A stretch of 64,000 nt of DNA from Octopus vulgaris (taxonomy: Eukaryota), in assembly GCA_951406725.2 (NCBI GenBank), contig OX597816.1, positions 22,320,001-22,384,000 on the forward strand, written 5' to 3'. Positions 36,651 to 49,464 of the stretch are shown here, piece by piece; position 1 is the stretch's first letter, and every line of letters starts with the position of its first letter. Made by a program: the position numbers and the translations under genes. The notes beneath the pieces are model-generated. The model was not told where the DNA came from. It saw nothing but the letters and a program-made list of their open reading frames with translations, and searched no databases.

Positions 36651-37512
36651 TATATATATTTATTGTTTTATACCTTGTATCCTGATTTTCGAGTGATGCA
36701 CTACTTTTTAACAATATTACCTTATTCATTTGTAATCATATATACCATTCTACATGTAAATTATCTTCGATCAGGCACAAGTGTTATTTTTAATTCCTAA
36801 TCTTTATGTAGCTTTGCTGAACCAATTAGTAAATCTTATTTTAAATATTGGTTTACATGTGTATATACCAGATTTCCTGGGGGCAGCTGTAGGATTTTAA
36901 TGAACATTTTCTCGAACAAACCTATCGAGACATGAGAAATTTAAATTGAACATTGCCAGTTACACAAACGGTTATTTCCTGAGAGTAACATTTTAATAAT
37001 TTTAGACTTATCCGAGATTATATCGATATTTTCCCAGTACAGCTATGTACCTTATTGTAAATTTTTGATAGATATTAAAATTTTCAGTTTAGAATTACAA
37101 CTAAATCATTTGCAATATATGCTAAATGAATCATTTAAAATTTTATAAAAATTAAGCTTCGTTGTTATTAATTCCAGTATAAGAGTCTAGGATTCATTAT
37201 AATATATTCCTCAATTACCTCTAGCCTGAACTGTAACCGAATAAGTTATTCAAGTGTAGAGTTAAGCAACAATTTTACAAGACTGCATTCAAATATTTAT
37301 ATCTAATATCATGCATTTTCCTCCACTATAGGTATTTGAATAAATCACCCATTACGCCCTATATTTCCTATATCTCTTTCACCTGTTTTTCCCTTTCTCA
37401 CAATTAAGAATGTCACCAAACTAGTACGTTATAATTGTTCATTTCCACATCAGAGCCACGCCTAGTATTATTAAAAATATGCAAAAGAATGATATCAACT
37501 ATCTCGCTATCT

Positions 37513-37556
<44 letters not shown>

Positions 37557-37667
37557 TACGTGCATACACACTTACAACACGCACGTACACAGACACACAC
37601 GTACACAGACACACACGTGTGTGTTTGTTACATCATATATATGTGTATATATATATATATATATACA

Positions 37668-38280
37668 TGAGCAGGAGTGGCAGTGTGTGAAGTAGCTTGC
37701 TTGCCAAACACATGGTTCCGGGTTCCGTCGCACTTCATGGCACCTTGGGCAAGTGTTTTCTATTATAGCTCAGCCGACCAAAGCCTTGTGAGTGGATTTA
37801 GTAGACGGAAACTAAAAGAAGCCCGTCGTGTATATGTATGTGTGTATATATATATGTGTATATATATATATATATATAATAATAAATATTAGGGAATAAA
37901 TCCAAATTTACAGGGAAAAAATCCTGAAACTGACTTATTGGAAGTCCACCTGAAGATTGTCGATCAAGACAAGAAACAATTGTAGTGGCGGTTTTTTTGA
38001 CTATTTATTAAATTTTATGTATTGATTAAGTCTTTCCTTGTTTGTTTTGCAAAATAGTGGTTTTGTCTCTAATAATATTTTATATATATATATATATAAT
38101 AATATAGTGTATGCATGTGTATATATTTGTGTGTGTGTATGTTCCCCTAACATCGCTTAACAGCCGATGCCGGTGCATTTTCGTCCACGTAACTTAGCGG
38201 TTTGCCAAAAGTCGATTTACTCGACTAAAGGCGGTGCTTCAGCATGACCGCAGTCAAATGACTGAAATAAGTAAAAGAAA
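37668..38280 (+). mobile_element. SINE family A with an HHR-bearing insert (37879-38080) in its central microsatellite
   Basis: Head 37668-37830 and tail 38130-38280 are collinear with the family consensus. Confidence 0.85.
37946..37988 (+). ncRNA. Minimal type I hammerhead ribozyme (Penelope-type), apparently intact
   Basis: CCAC-CTGAAGA-TTGTC(GATCAA)GACAA-GAAA-C(AATT)G-TA-GTGG. All core nucleotides are present, with a 4-bp stem I, a 5-bp stem II and a palindromic stem III. Predicted cleavage after GUA (37984). Confidence 0.85.
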
Positions 38281-38544
38281 ATATATATATATATATATAT
38301 TCCTGATATTCTTCACATGATGAAAAATGTAATCATTTAATGAAACCTAAAAGGAACTTTCAATGAATTAATATATTTGACGCTACACTTCGTATTGAGT
38401 TGGATGCAAATTTGAACGCTTATAAATATAATACTCACGCGCGCGCGGACTCATAACGTACCAAATACACCCATATACACGTGTACATACATGTATATGT
38501 GTTTTGGGTGAGTGTGTGCGTGTACGTATGAAAAAGAATAATAA

Positions 38545-38795
38545 GTGCGCCCTTTTAAAGCCTAGCCAGGCTCATGGGCCCGGTTTCCCGGTCTCTATGG
38601 CGTATGTGTTCCCCAGCTGGACGAGACGCCAGTCCATCGCAGCATTACTCATTTTTGCCAGCTGAGTGGACTGGAGAAACGTGAAATAAAGTGTTTTGCT
38701 CAAGAACACAACGCGTCACCCGGTCCATGAATCGAAATCACAATCTTACGATCATGACGTTGACAACTTAACCACTAAACCACACGACTCTACGC
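38545..38795 (-). mobile_element. SINE family C
   Basis: Reverse complement of 16366-16620. Confidence 0.9.
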
Positions 38796-39678
38796 GTGTG
38801 TGTATCAGGGAAAGATAAATTTCAATAAGTGAGAACCTCGTAGAAAAAATTGAAGTCTATAATTAAAAAAATGTACAATTGTCCGGCAATGCAACACTTT
38901 ACTTGTGAATTCAGCACGTTTATTTAAACGTCGGTCACAGGCAGGTGTCGAAAAAAGTGGAAAAAAAAAACTAAAGAAAAACGACGACTTGGAGACGAGA
39001 CAAACAATTAATGAGTATTGAAGAATTCTAACTACATTGCTTATTCACATTGTTACGTTTGTTATATTGCACAGACAGCTAGTTTTGTTGCTTTGAGACA
39101 ATATCACGCAAATATTCTTATGCTTTGGTAATGCCATACAATGAGCAATTATTAAAAGTTGTAGCTACAGAAATAAATAATAAAATATTTGTATAATGCA
39201 GACATACAACAACAGGAACAGACACGGAAAGCGTCCAATTCTTAAAAGATTCACGCGTATGTTCTGAAGTATTTAGTTATGCTGTGCTTAGAGACATGAA
39301 CGCTAACATGGCTCTAACTAGGTATTTCAGTTAATATACTAATATATCTTTACATGTATGTGGGTGTGTATGTGTGTGTGTTCTTTTATATCTTATTCTG
39401 CAAGCCATATCACGTTGTTTATTTGATGAGTATTATTATTTCTCCACTGTTTACTTGTTCCAGATAAATACACGGATATTGAATCGTGCTTCGCAAATCA
39501 TTAATTTCGAGTAATTTATTTACCACAGATAATGTCATGCTGGCGATTTCAAATAAGAATGAAATGGCGCTATTTATGCCTATCTGTAATTAGAAAACTT
39601 AAACATATATGTAATGAAAAAATATATATTGGATATGTATATTCTGCGGATCTGCTGCGATATACTTTGATTTAATAA

Positions 39679-40090
39679 GGCGGCGAGCTGGCAGAATTGT
39701 TAGCACGTCGGGCGAAATGCCGAGCGGTATTTCGTCTGCCGTTACGTTCTGAGTTCAATTTCTGCCGAGGTCAACTTTGCCTTTCATCCTTTCGGCGTCG
39801 ATAAATTAAGTACGAGTTACGCACTGGGGTCGATATAATCGACTTAATCCGTGTGTCTGTCCTTGTTTGTCCACTCTGTGTTTAGCCCCTTGTAGGTAGT
39901 AAAGAAATAGGTATTTCGCCGGTCTCTACGTTCTGAGTTCAAATTCCGCCGAGGTTGACTGTCTTTCATCCTTTCGGGGTCGGTAAATTAAGTACCAGTT
40001 ACGCACTTGGGTCGATGTAATCAATTTAATCCTTTTGTCTGTTCTTGTTTGTCCCCTCTATGTTTAGCCCCTTGTGGGTAGTAAAGAAAC
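39679..40090 (+). mobile_element. SINE family B with tandemly duplicated body
   Basis: GGCGGCGAGCTGGCAGAA head; the body GGTATTTCG...GTAAAGAAA occurs twice. Confidence 0.9.
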
Positions 40091-40426
40091 AGATATTCTT
40101 TGATTTAATATTCAGACTTCTAGCCATGACTCCGAAAGTGATTATCTCCCTTTCTATAACTAGCCGCCAGGACACACAACGTGTTTAAACACGTGTATGG
40201 ATACAGAAGTATATGAATATGAATGGATGTGGAATTAAAACAATATAGTTGCTTGTAGAAGGGAATAAAAAAACGAAAATACACGAGACTCGTACCTGTA
40301 CATAAATATATGCATACACATATACTTGCAATAACTGGTGTATAGGATCAGGCGGAATTTCGCACAGGAAGACAAAGTTGTGCTATTAGGTAATAAAAAA
40401 CGTTAGGATATTTCTGCTTAGGTGTA

Positions 40427-40612
40427 ATAGCACGCCGGGCGAAATGCATAGCCGTATTTCGTCTACCGTTACGTTCTGACTTCAAATTCCCCCGAGGTCA
40501 ACTTTGCCTTTCATCGATAAATTAAGTACCAGTTACGTACTAAGGTCGATGTAATCGACTTAATCCGTTTGTCTGTCCCCTCTATGTTTAGCCCCTTGTG
40601 GGTAATAAAGAA
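40427..40612 (+). mobile_element. SINE family B
   Basis: Similarity to the 39679 copy. Confidence 0.88.
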
Positions 40613-41159
40613 ACCGATATTTCTGTGTAGGCATAATTGTAAATCGAGATGGCTACAAAATAAGCGATTCTTTCGATATAGTTAAATAAATGCATACCTA
40701 TGTATGTTTATACACCTATATCCATCAACAAAACACTATTTCCATCCACCGTTCGCATGCACTCAAATTCTATATATGTTTAAAATGCCTCCACTCCTAT
40801 TACTGAATTCGCATACAACTACACAAACTCACTCAGAGCGGAGAAAGACGGATGGTGGTGGAGTGAGATGACAAATATACACAGGAGAAAATAACCTGTG
40901 AAATTACATTTAGAATAACTAAATTCTGTTAATTTGTAATGATTTCTATGGCGTAATTTAGGCCCTGTTATCTAAGACGTGAAATATTTATTCAATTATT
41001 TCATATAAAACAGGAGAGAAAACAAGAAAGAAGACGGCGACGACAGCGATGATGATGATTAGAATTTGGTTATTCTAAACCTACGCATTTTTTTTATATT
41101 TGGAAAAGTCTTTCATTTGTTGCTCACGGAAATTCTGCTCTTATATCTTCGCAAGCTAG

Positions 41160-41235
41160 TCGAACAGCCGCGCAAGTGCCGCTGTTTGTTGCCACAATAT
41201 AAAAATAGCTGCTGTTCTGTAAACTTAGATGTTGT
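41160..41235 (+). promoter_or_regulatory. Candidate TATA-box core promoter
   Basis: TATAAAAA at 41198 after a CpG-rich patch, with Inr-like TTAGAT ~29 nt downstream, in non-repetitive sequence. Confidence 0.3.
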
Positions 41236-43699
41236 GTTAATTGTATCAATTGCATATCGTGGAATATAATTCCATAGTCTTTATAGAAACGATAGTGTGA
41301 GATTTAAGCTGATATTTTCAGCTAGTTGGATAAATGTTTATGGTTACTTATTCAACGAAAATGCCTCTGATTATTTTTGTCTTTTAGTTTCATTTTCAGA
41401 TCATCAGAAAGGACTGGTGGTAGCCTTAAATGACCAAAAAAACAGGTTACTTCATTCATCAGGTATATTGAAAGACGGTGTGAATGTTGAATTAATTAAT
41501 CATAGAAAAGCTTGTTTTACGTAGTGATGTTAGATTCTTTGTTGTTGGATTTTCAGCTTAGAAAACTCTAGGATAGAATTCATTTATTCATTGTTTAGAC
41601 AATTTCAGAAAATTTACTACGCGCTCGGTTTATATATGTAGTATGCAGTTATATATGCAGTGTGCTGAATGTTCGCGTGAAGTATTTTTCCAACAGGCCG
41701 TAACATGATTTATGTGAATTGTGAAGAAAATAGGCAGAAATTCTTTTGCTATTGAAGAGTAATTAGCTTTCATTGTAGTAGTAGTAGTAGTAGTAGTAGT
41801 AATTATAGTATTATTGTTTCGTAATTGAAACTAATTTGTATTTCCATTTTTTTATATGCTTTGTTCCCCTTCCTTAAAACTAATATCGATATTATGCAAT
41901 TTACAGACACCTAACCGAAAATGTCTTCATTCATTTGTGACAAAAGAAAAAAAAAATCCAAAACCCAAGATACGTAAGCATTCATAATTAATGAGATACT
42001 AATATTGTAGCTATTTCATATTACCTAACCGAGAGTGGTGATGATGTATTCCTTATATTCTGTGATAATTATGTTTTATATCACGTATCTGTAAATTGTC
42101 ATTCTTCCAACGTAGGTTAATTTGTTCGATATTTCGATGTTCTTATGTTTTTACTACCATTATTGCGCCCCAACTGTTATTTTCGCTGCTATTGTGCTCG
42201 ATCGTTTGTTCAACTCCATTGCAGTTTGGATAATTATATATAAATAATATATATTTTGCTTTGGCACGACCCTATCGATGTGGAGGGCAAGTATATGCAC
42301 TGCGAAATTAAGTTTTTAATATCGCAATGTGAATGCGATGGTGTTCCGAAGATCTCCTTCAGCTAGATTTTTATTCTCTTTCTCATTATCACACAGAGAC
42401 ACAGACACACACAGATATAAACCCATGCATATATGTATTTTGTGTATGTGTGATCATATACACATAATTCCCTCCATACTGAAATTAATACTACATAAAG
42501 ATTCCGAAACAGAGGTAACTCAGTAGAAATAACGTGGTTAAGTAAATATACATTCATACGTCCCAGCTTATGGTTATATACGCAGATATACACATACATA
42601 CATACATGAAATAACTGAAGTTACCAGAATTGCAAGATTATTCAATAAAACTCAATAAATCCTATGGAAGAAGTGTTCCACATAGATATCGTAAACCATT
42701 TGACTACGCATTTTATTTTCTTCCCGATATGCGTATTGATCCCTCCTTTTTACAAGGGTCACCGATCTATCGAAACCCTCTTAACCTAAGTTCGAGAAAT
42801 TTCATGAGTATAATTTGTATCATTCAAAACTATTTGCATACTTTTTACAGGTTATCCTAATTTGGAGGATATATCGGGTCATGTTCTTTAAGCATATATA
42901 CAAGACAATGAACGAGTGACGTACTGCGGAGCATTTACAGGAATAATGCTGATTACCAATATAGGAACTGTATAGCCGTATAGTTATTCTGCCTAATCTT
43001 GTGTCGGTGTGGTTTTCGAAATTATTGCATCTTCATCACAAATTTGGTGACACTGCATAGATTAATCCGAACGTATGTTCAGAGAATTTGAGCGATCGTT
43101 GACAAATAACTGAATGCCAATCTTCCTTATATCCACACCAATTATACATTATGTATCCATTATTGTGTGTTCTGTTCCTCTCTGGGTATAATTAAGAGAA
43201 GCAAAAATCGGTAGGTTTTGGCTTTAGATAATATTTCCTGTTAAATTCGGTGATACATTTTGGGATTATAGGTTCCAAACAGGAGTAAAACTATAAGTAA
43301 TATTTCAACTGGATTTCTTACTGAAGGATATCATCACTTAGAACTATCCAAAGGTATTCCCGACACTCAAATCCTTTTTATATATATTTAATATTAGCCT
43401 AAAGCTGTATTATTCTTATTATACTCTCTTACAATATTCATTTTTCTTCATAATTCTTCATACTTCTTCATAATCATCATTATCATCTTCATCCTTCACA
43501 TTATCATCTTCTGTTCCTCTTCTATTCATTCTTTCTCCTTTACATCCCTTTCTTTTTTTTCATTCGTGTTTTCTCTCCGGTTTTATGAAATAATTGAAAA
43601 AAATACTTCACATTTTAGATAACACATAAATCACTCTATACAAAGCATTGCAAATCAATAGAATTTGGTTATTCTAAAGGTAATTTTAATGGTTATTTT

Positions 43700-43952
43700 G
43701 TTAATGGTTATTTAGAAAATAATGAAATAAGTCAATGATTATTTGAACGTCAAAATCTCGTATGAAAGTGCTACACATATATACATACGTATATGACCCT
43801 ACAACTTATCCTCTTTGGTAAGAAGTTTACTTCCGCGCCACAGAATTCCAGTTCAGTTCATTGCTTGCCACCTTGGGCAAGTCTCTTCTACCATAGCTTC
43901 AGGCCGACCAGAGCCTCGTGCGTAGATTTGGAAGACGAAGAGGGAAAGAAAC

Positions 43953-44012
<60 letters not shown>

Positions 44013-44803
44013 GGTGTATGTCCCCCCCTACTTCCGCTTGACAACTACTGCTGGTGTACTCCTGAAGCCGTGACTTAAACCTCGAAATTGTTGGAAATAA
44101 AGGACATTTGTTGAATGATAGAATTACATAGACTCCCAGAACTTCAAGTTTTTGCTCAAGAATACCAACGTCACTGCACTTCTTTAGTTGTTGCAAGTCC
44201 GATGCCATTAACACCACCGATTGCTAACCGAAACAAAACCGTTGTATTAGTGGTGGGAAAATGTCTCCTCTGGGTATTATATCGTAGAAGCGAAACACTG
44301 GTTCACGTGCTATTTGCCAGAAATTTATGAAAACTCTTATGCGTTGGTTGAGATAAATATAAAGTAAAAAATGAAATCATATATTAAAAATGCCACATTT
44401 TTATAAGAATAAAATGTGAAGGTATAAATCCTGGTTAAAATATTATTATAAATCTTATATCTAAAGATTAAATTCTAACAAATTTAAAGAATAGATAAAA
44501 CTTTCCTAGAGATCGTTACGACTAAATGTTTCAAATTTAGGTTAAAATTAAAAAATTAAAAACTTAAATTATAGCAGGGTACTGCAAAGTAAAAAAGTAC
44601 CAAGTGAAAAAGTAAATAAAATTTGAACTGAAAATAAGATTCAGTATAAAAATAAAATTTAAAAACTATAATTTAAATTTATTTTTAACGTTGAAATTTT
44701 CAATGTTTATCAATTTTTTCAACTTTCATTCATCAATTTCTAATTTATTTTGAAATATTTTTAATTATTTGATTTTAGATTTATAGCTTAATTTTTCTTT
44801 TTA
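43700..44803 (+). repeat. Left arm of a large inverted duplication (contains a family A SINE at ~43815-44075)
   Basis: Collinear reverse-complement match to 47090-48850, e.g. ATTTGAACGTCAAAATCTCGTATG and ATGTCTCCTCTGGGTATTATATCGTAGAAG. Confidence 0.9.
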
Positions 44804-47089
44804 CTTTTCAGTTTTGTTCTATATATTAAAAAAAAAGAAGCGGACAGAACGTATCACTGCAATGCAGACTGCCAACTCTAGCTTTCCTGCTCATCTAACC
44901 GAGAAGGCCAAATTGACAATATATCGGCCGTTGTCTGACAGATTTGAAGTCGAGTCTGTGGCAGTGGAGATCTCCGGCTACATCTCTACTTACTGCTATA
45001 ATAGCAGAGATGGCTATTCGCATGTGCAAGTTACGTGATTCAAAGTGGTTGTTCTAGCACCTCACTCTCACCATCTTCCAACGCAAACCCTTTTGTATTT
45101 TCTCCGCTGGTACCTTGAGGCGGACCGATAAATATGATATCGTTTAGATCAACAGTTTACCCTGCAACAATACACCAACAACAGAATATGCCACTTCAAA
45201 CACAAGTATGAATTGACCTCACGCAAATAGAAATTTGTAAAATAATAGCAGTCAGACATGAAAAATACTCAGGGGCCATGAGTAATAATTGTACTAAAGG
45301 AAAGTAATTTATATGGAAAACATGTTTCTCTATGCAAAGATGACTCGCCATATAACTGAAGGAAGGGAAACTATGATGAAGTAATACATTTTGATAACAA
45401 CGAAATAACTTGTTAAACTGGGAAAAAATAACGGGTAATAATTACTATAAAGGATAATAATGAAGAAGACAAGAAAAGATCGTTCCACATTCAAAAACCT
45501 GCAGCACTCGACTAAGAAGTCATTGAGAATCAAAATCAAGAGTTGCTCAATTCACCCAACTGATTCCAGTAGAACAACACCGATACCTGTTCACAATCAA
45601 TTAAAAAAAATTAATAAGCTAACACCATATGCTGAGGGTGACGCGTTAAGCCTTTTCAAAAGGAAGAAATAGTTGATCATATCGGTCCCAGTGCTCAACT
45701 TGTATTTATGTTCTTGACTTCAAAGTATAAAAGACATTTTTTACCTCACAAGACTCAGACAGAAATAAGCAAAAAACCGTGCAGGAAATTACTTTTGAGG
45801 ATCTAACGTGTTTAAGGTGCCAAATCACCAACCTAAAGATAAATTGCATTTAACAGCTGGATAGTATACAGTCCTGAGAACAAACACGAATTATGACACA
45901 AAGTAACTTAATTGAAGTGATTAAGAAAGCGAAATCAACAAAGATAGCAGATACATGAATAAAATGTCAAGAGTAGAAATAAGATACATCAGAACATTTG
46001 CATAAAATCCCACTAAAACTTTACAAATTTGTCAAATGCTAAGTTAATGTATTCTCGTTAAGAATAACAAATAACGCAGACGTAATAAAGTTTTGTCAAG
46101 CAGACCTGAAGAAAAATTGTTACTTTACATTTACGTTACTCTCCAAACGTTATGTGAAGAAATTTGACGATAAATTTGCGAGAGAGCAAAAGCCCATCCA
46201 TAGAAATTTTGAAGTCGTTTGTCACAAAACTTATTTTATAATAGCTAAGAGATGTCAGATCAGTAATGGCACTTCCCTCACAAATGAAGACAATTGATGA
46301 TAACCTGCGTGTTTGTTATTCTGTACTATAATTAATGCCAATAAGAGGGCAACGTTAACACACACACACAGGACTTAATGTTTCTATATCAACGATACGA
46401 TTATCACTGCAATTTTTCAGCTGTTGCTAATCCGGTGCACTTAGAACTGTCAATTACAAAACCAAAAAACCTCCAGCAATGGTGAGAAGCAAAAAGCAAA
46501 AAAATCTCCAACGGAAACAATTCATCGTCGCTTGATTGCCAGAACGTAGTAAAAAATACTAGTAATTGTAGGTTGAAATAGTTATAAGACAAGAAATTAA
46601 AGGATATATTGAAAAAATACAATATTATATAAATGAATGAATAAATACATAAATGAATGAACAAAGAATACGTCGCACATCCTCTTATGAACAAAACATG
46701 GAAAGTAGGAATAGAGTTAAAAATATTATTACAAATCTGTGAACCTAAAGTTAGTTATTAAAAATCGACTTAAACACATATAAACATTTCCGAGCAACCT
46801 TTAGGTTTACAGGTTTCAAAAGTACAACATATGAAATGCTAAAATATAGTTTGTTTTTAATTTTAATTAAGATTAATATGGTATTCAAAATTTTGAAATT
46901 TACGAAATGAAAAGTAAATAAAATTATAGCTGAAATTAAAATTTTAAAGAAAAATAGGATTGAAAATCAAAATGAGAAATTAAAATGAAATGAAAATATC
47001 ATTAGTTAACAAATGAATTAAAATATATTTAACAAATGAAACAACAAAAATTAAGATAAAACAACTGAGGATTAAAATTTTTTTTTAAA

Positions 47090-48850
47090 TAAAAAGAAAA
47101 ATTAAAAGATCAAAAGTCTAAAATGAAATAATTGAAAATAATTCAAAATTGATTTAATTAAAAGTTAATCAATAAAAGTTGAAAAAATTGAAAAATTCAA
47201 CTTTAAAAATAAATTTAAATTGTATTTTTTAAATTTTATTTTTATGTTGAATCTTACTTTCAGTTCAAATTCTATTTACTTTCACTTGTTAGTTTATTTA
47301 GTTTTTTCAGTACCCTGTTATATTTCATTTAAGCGTTTAATTTTAAGTAAATTTTGAAACATTTTATCCTAAAGGTTTCTCAGAAAGGTTTTTTTTTTTT
47401 GATATTCTTAGAATTTAACCTTTAGTTGTAAGATTTATAATAATATTTCAACCACACTTAATGCCTTCATATTTTATTCTTATATAAGATATTCAAGGTT
47501 TGGTCGCAAATTTTTATATTTACTAAATATATGATCTAATTTTTTTTTACTTTATAGTTATTTCAATCAACACAGAGTTTTTACAAATTTCTCGCAAACA
47601 GCACGTGAAACATTGTTTCCCTTCTACGATATAATACCCAGAGGAGACATTATTTCCATCACTGATGCAGCGTCTTTATCTCTTTGTTAGCAATTAGTGG
47701 TGCTAATTGCATCGGAATAGCAGCAACCAAAAAACAATGCAGTGATGATGGTATTGTTGAACAGAAACTTGAAGTTCTGTAGGTGAGTCTATATACTTGC
47801 ATCATTCAGTATATGTAGTCAGATATTTCCAACGTATTTGAGGTCTAAGTCACGGGTCAACGTGCACACCAACAGTGTTTGTCAAGTGGATGTGGAGGAC
47901 ATACAACGACACACATTATATATGCATATAGTATGTATGTATGTATGTATGTATATGACGTGGCTTCTTTCCGTCTTCGTCTTCCAAATCTAAGCACAGA
48001 TGTTTACCTTTTGACCTACAGACTTAAAAAATAAAAATAATTTTTTGAAATTAAACACTTTCAAACTTCGTATACTGGTAGAATGTGTCATATAAAATAC
48101 CTTACTATTAACATTTTTGAGAAAAACTTATATTTACGAAGTTATTTCACGTTAAAGTTATCCTTTTTCGGTAATTTCAACCAATCAATGACGTGTATTC
48201 AGCTGAATAAAATTACTGCTGTTTGTCAACAAGAACTTCCGGCGGTGTATATTTCGTTTGTCACTGTTATTTATGACAACCCTAGCCCTAAACCCTTAAT
48301 ACCAGTACAAACGCACGAACGATGTCATAAATAACAGTGACAAACGAAATATACACTGCAGATTGTTCTGGTTGACAAACAACGGCAGTAATTTTATTCA
48401 GCAGAATACACGTCATTGATTGGGTGAAATTACCGAAATACGAGAACTTTAACGTGAAGTTACTTCGTAAATATGAGCTTTTCTCAAAAACGCTAAGAGT
48501 AAAAGATATTTTATATGACACATTCTACCAGTGCCCGAAGTTTGAAAGTATTTTGTTACCAAAAATTATTTTTTAAAATCTGTCGGTCAAAAGGTAAAAG
48601 ATCCGGCTCTGGTCGGCTTGAGACTATGGTACAAGACACTTGCCCAAGGTACCGTGTAATGGGACTGAACTGGAATCATGCGGTTGGGAGGTAAATTTCT
48701 TACTAGAGACCCACACATTTAAGTTCACATGCGGAGATAAATTGTAGGGTCATATACGTATGTATATACGTGTAAAGGTTGCATACGAGATTTTGACGTT
48801 CAAATGATCATTAACTATGTGTCGTGTTTCATTTTTTTCTTAATCATTAA
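47090..48850 (-). repeat. Right arm of the large inverted duplication, interrupted by a MITE
   Basis: CTTCTACGATATAATACCCAGAGGAGACAT and CATACGAGATTTTGACGTTCAAAT are exact reverse complements of left-arm blocks. Confidence 0.9.
47998..48604. mobile_element. Fold-back MITE (~270-bp TIRs, GATCC end, telomere-like CCCTAA core)
   Basis: TTTACCTTTTGACC...GGTCAAAAGGTAAAAGATCC. Homologous to 53174-53788. Splits the SINE in the right arm. Confidence 0.92.
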
Positions 48851-49424
48851 AAAGAGGCAGGTGTAATTTAGAATCTTAGATTCGCTTCAGGTAGAACATT
48901 GGCAAACACTTAAAATACATGTTTATTTGACGTCGAATTAGAAATAATTGTAAATAAGAAACATACAGCGGAGTTGAAATATAAGTATCCATTCGTTCTC
49001 TTAGAGAAAGAATACGAATTAGGAAAGTAAATGCCTAAGCACAGATATGCGTTACCTGTATACGCATACAACCCCACATATAGAAACACAAATACGACCT
49101 AGCATACACTCTAGTGAGTATAGTATATATGTATGTATTATAGACGTTGTGTGTGTATACGCAGGCACACACATACGCATACATATATACACACATGCAT
49201 ACAACCCAACGCACGCAAATGTATATACTGATATATGAATATCTTACTGATAGACCAACTTTATATAGTGTGCACAGTAAATGTCTAAACTTTTCGAGGT
49301 GGATGAAAGACAGCTAAATATTCTTATGCATTCGGAGCTGTATTCCCATTCGTACAAACACACACACACACACATATATATTGACGCATAAACGTATATA
49401 TGTATATAGTTATGTATCTCCTCC

Positions 49425-49464
<40 letters not shown>

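Noticed and set aside
45800-46750. Transposase inside the large fold-back
   Set aside because: No DDE motifs seen; at most faint RTE-like traces, too weak to call.
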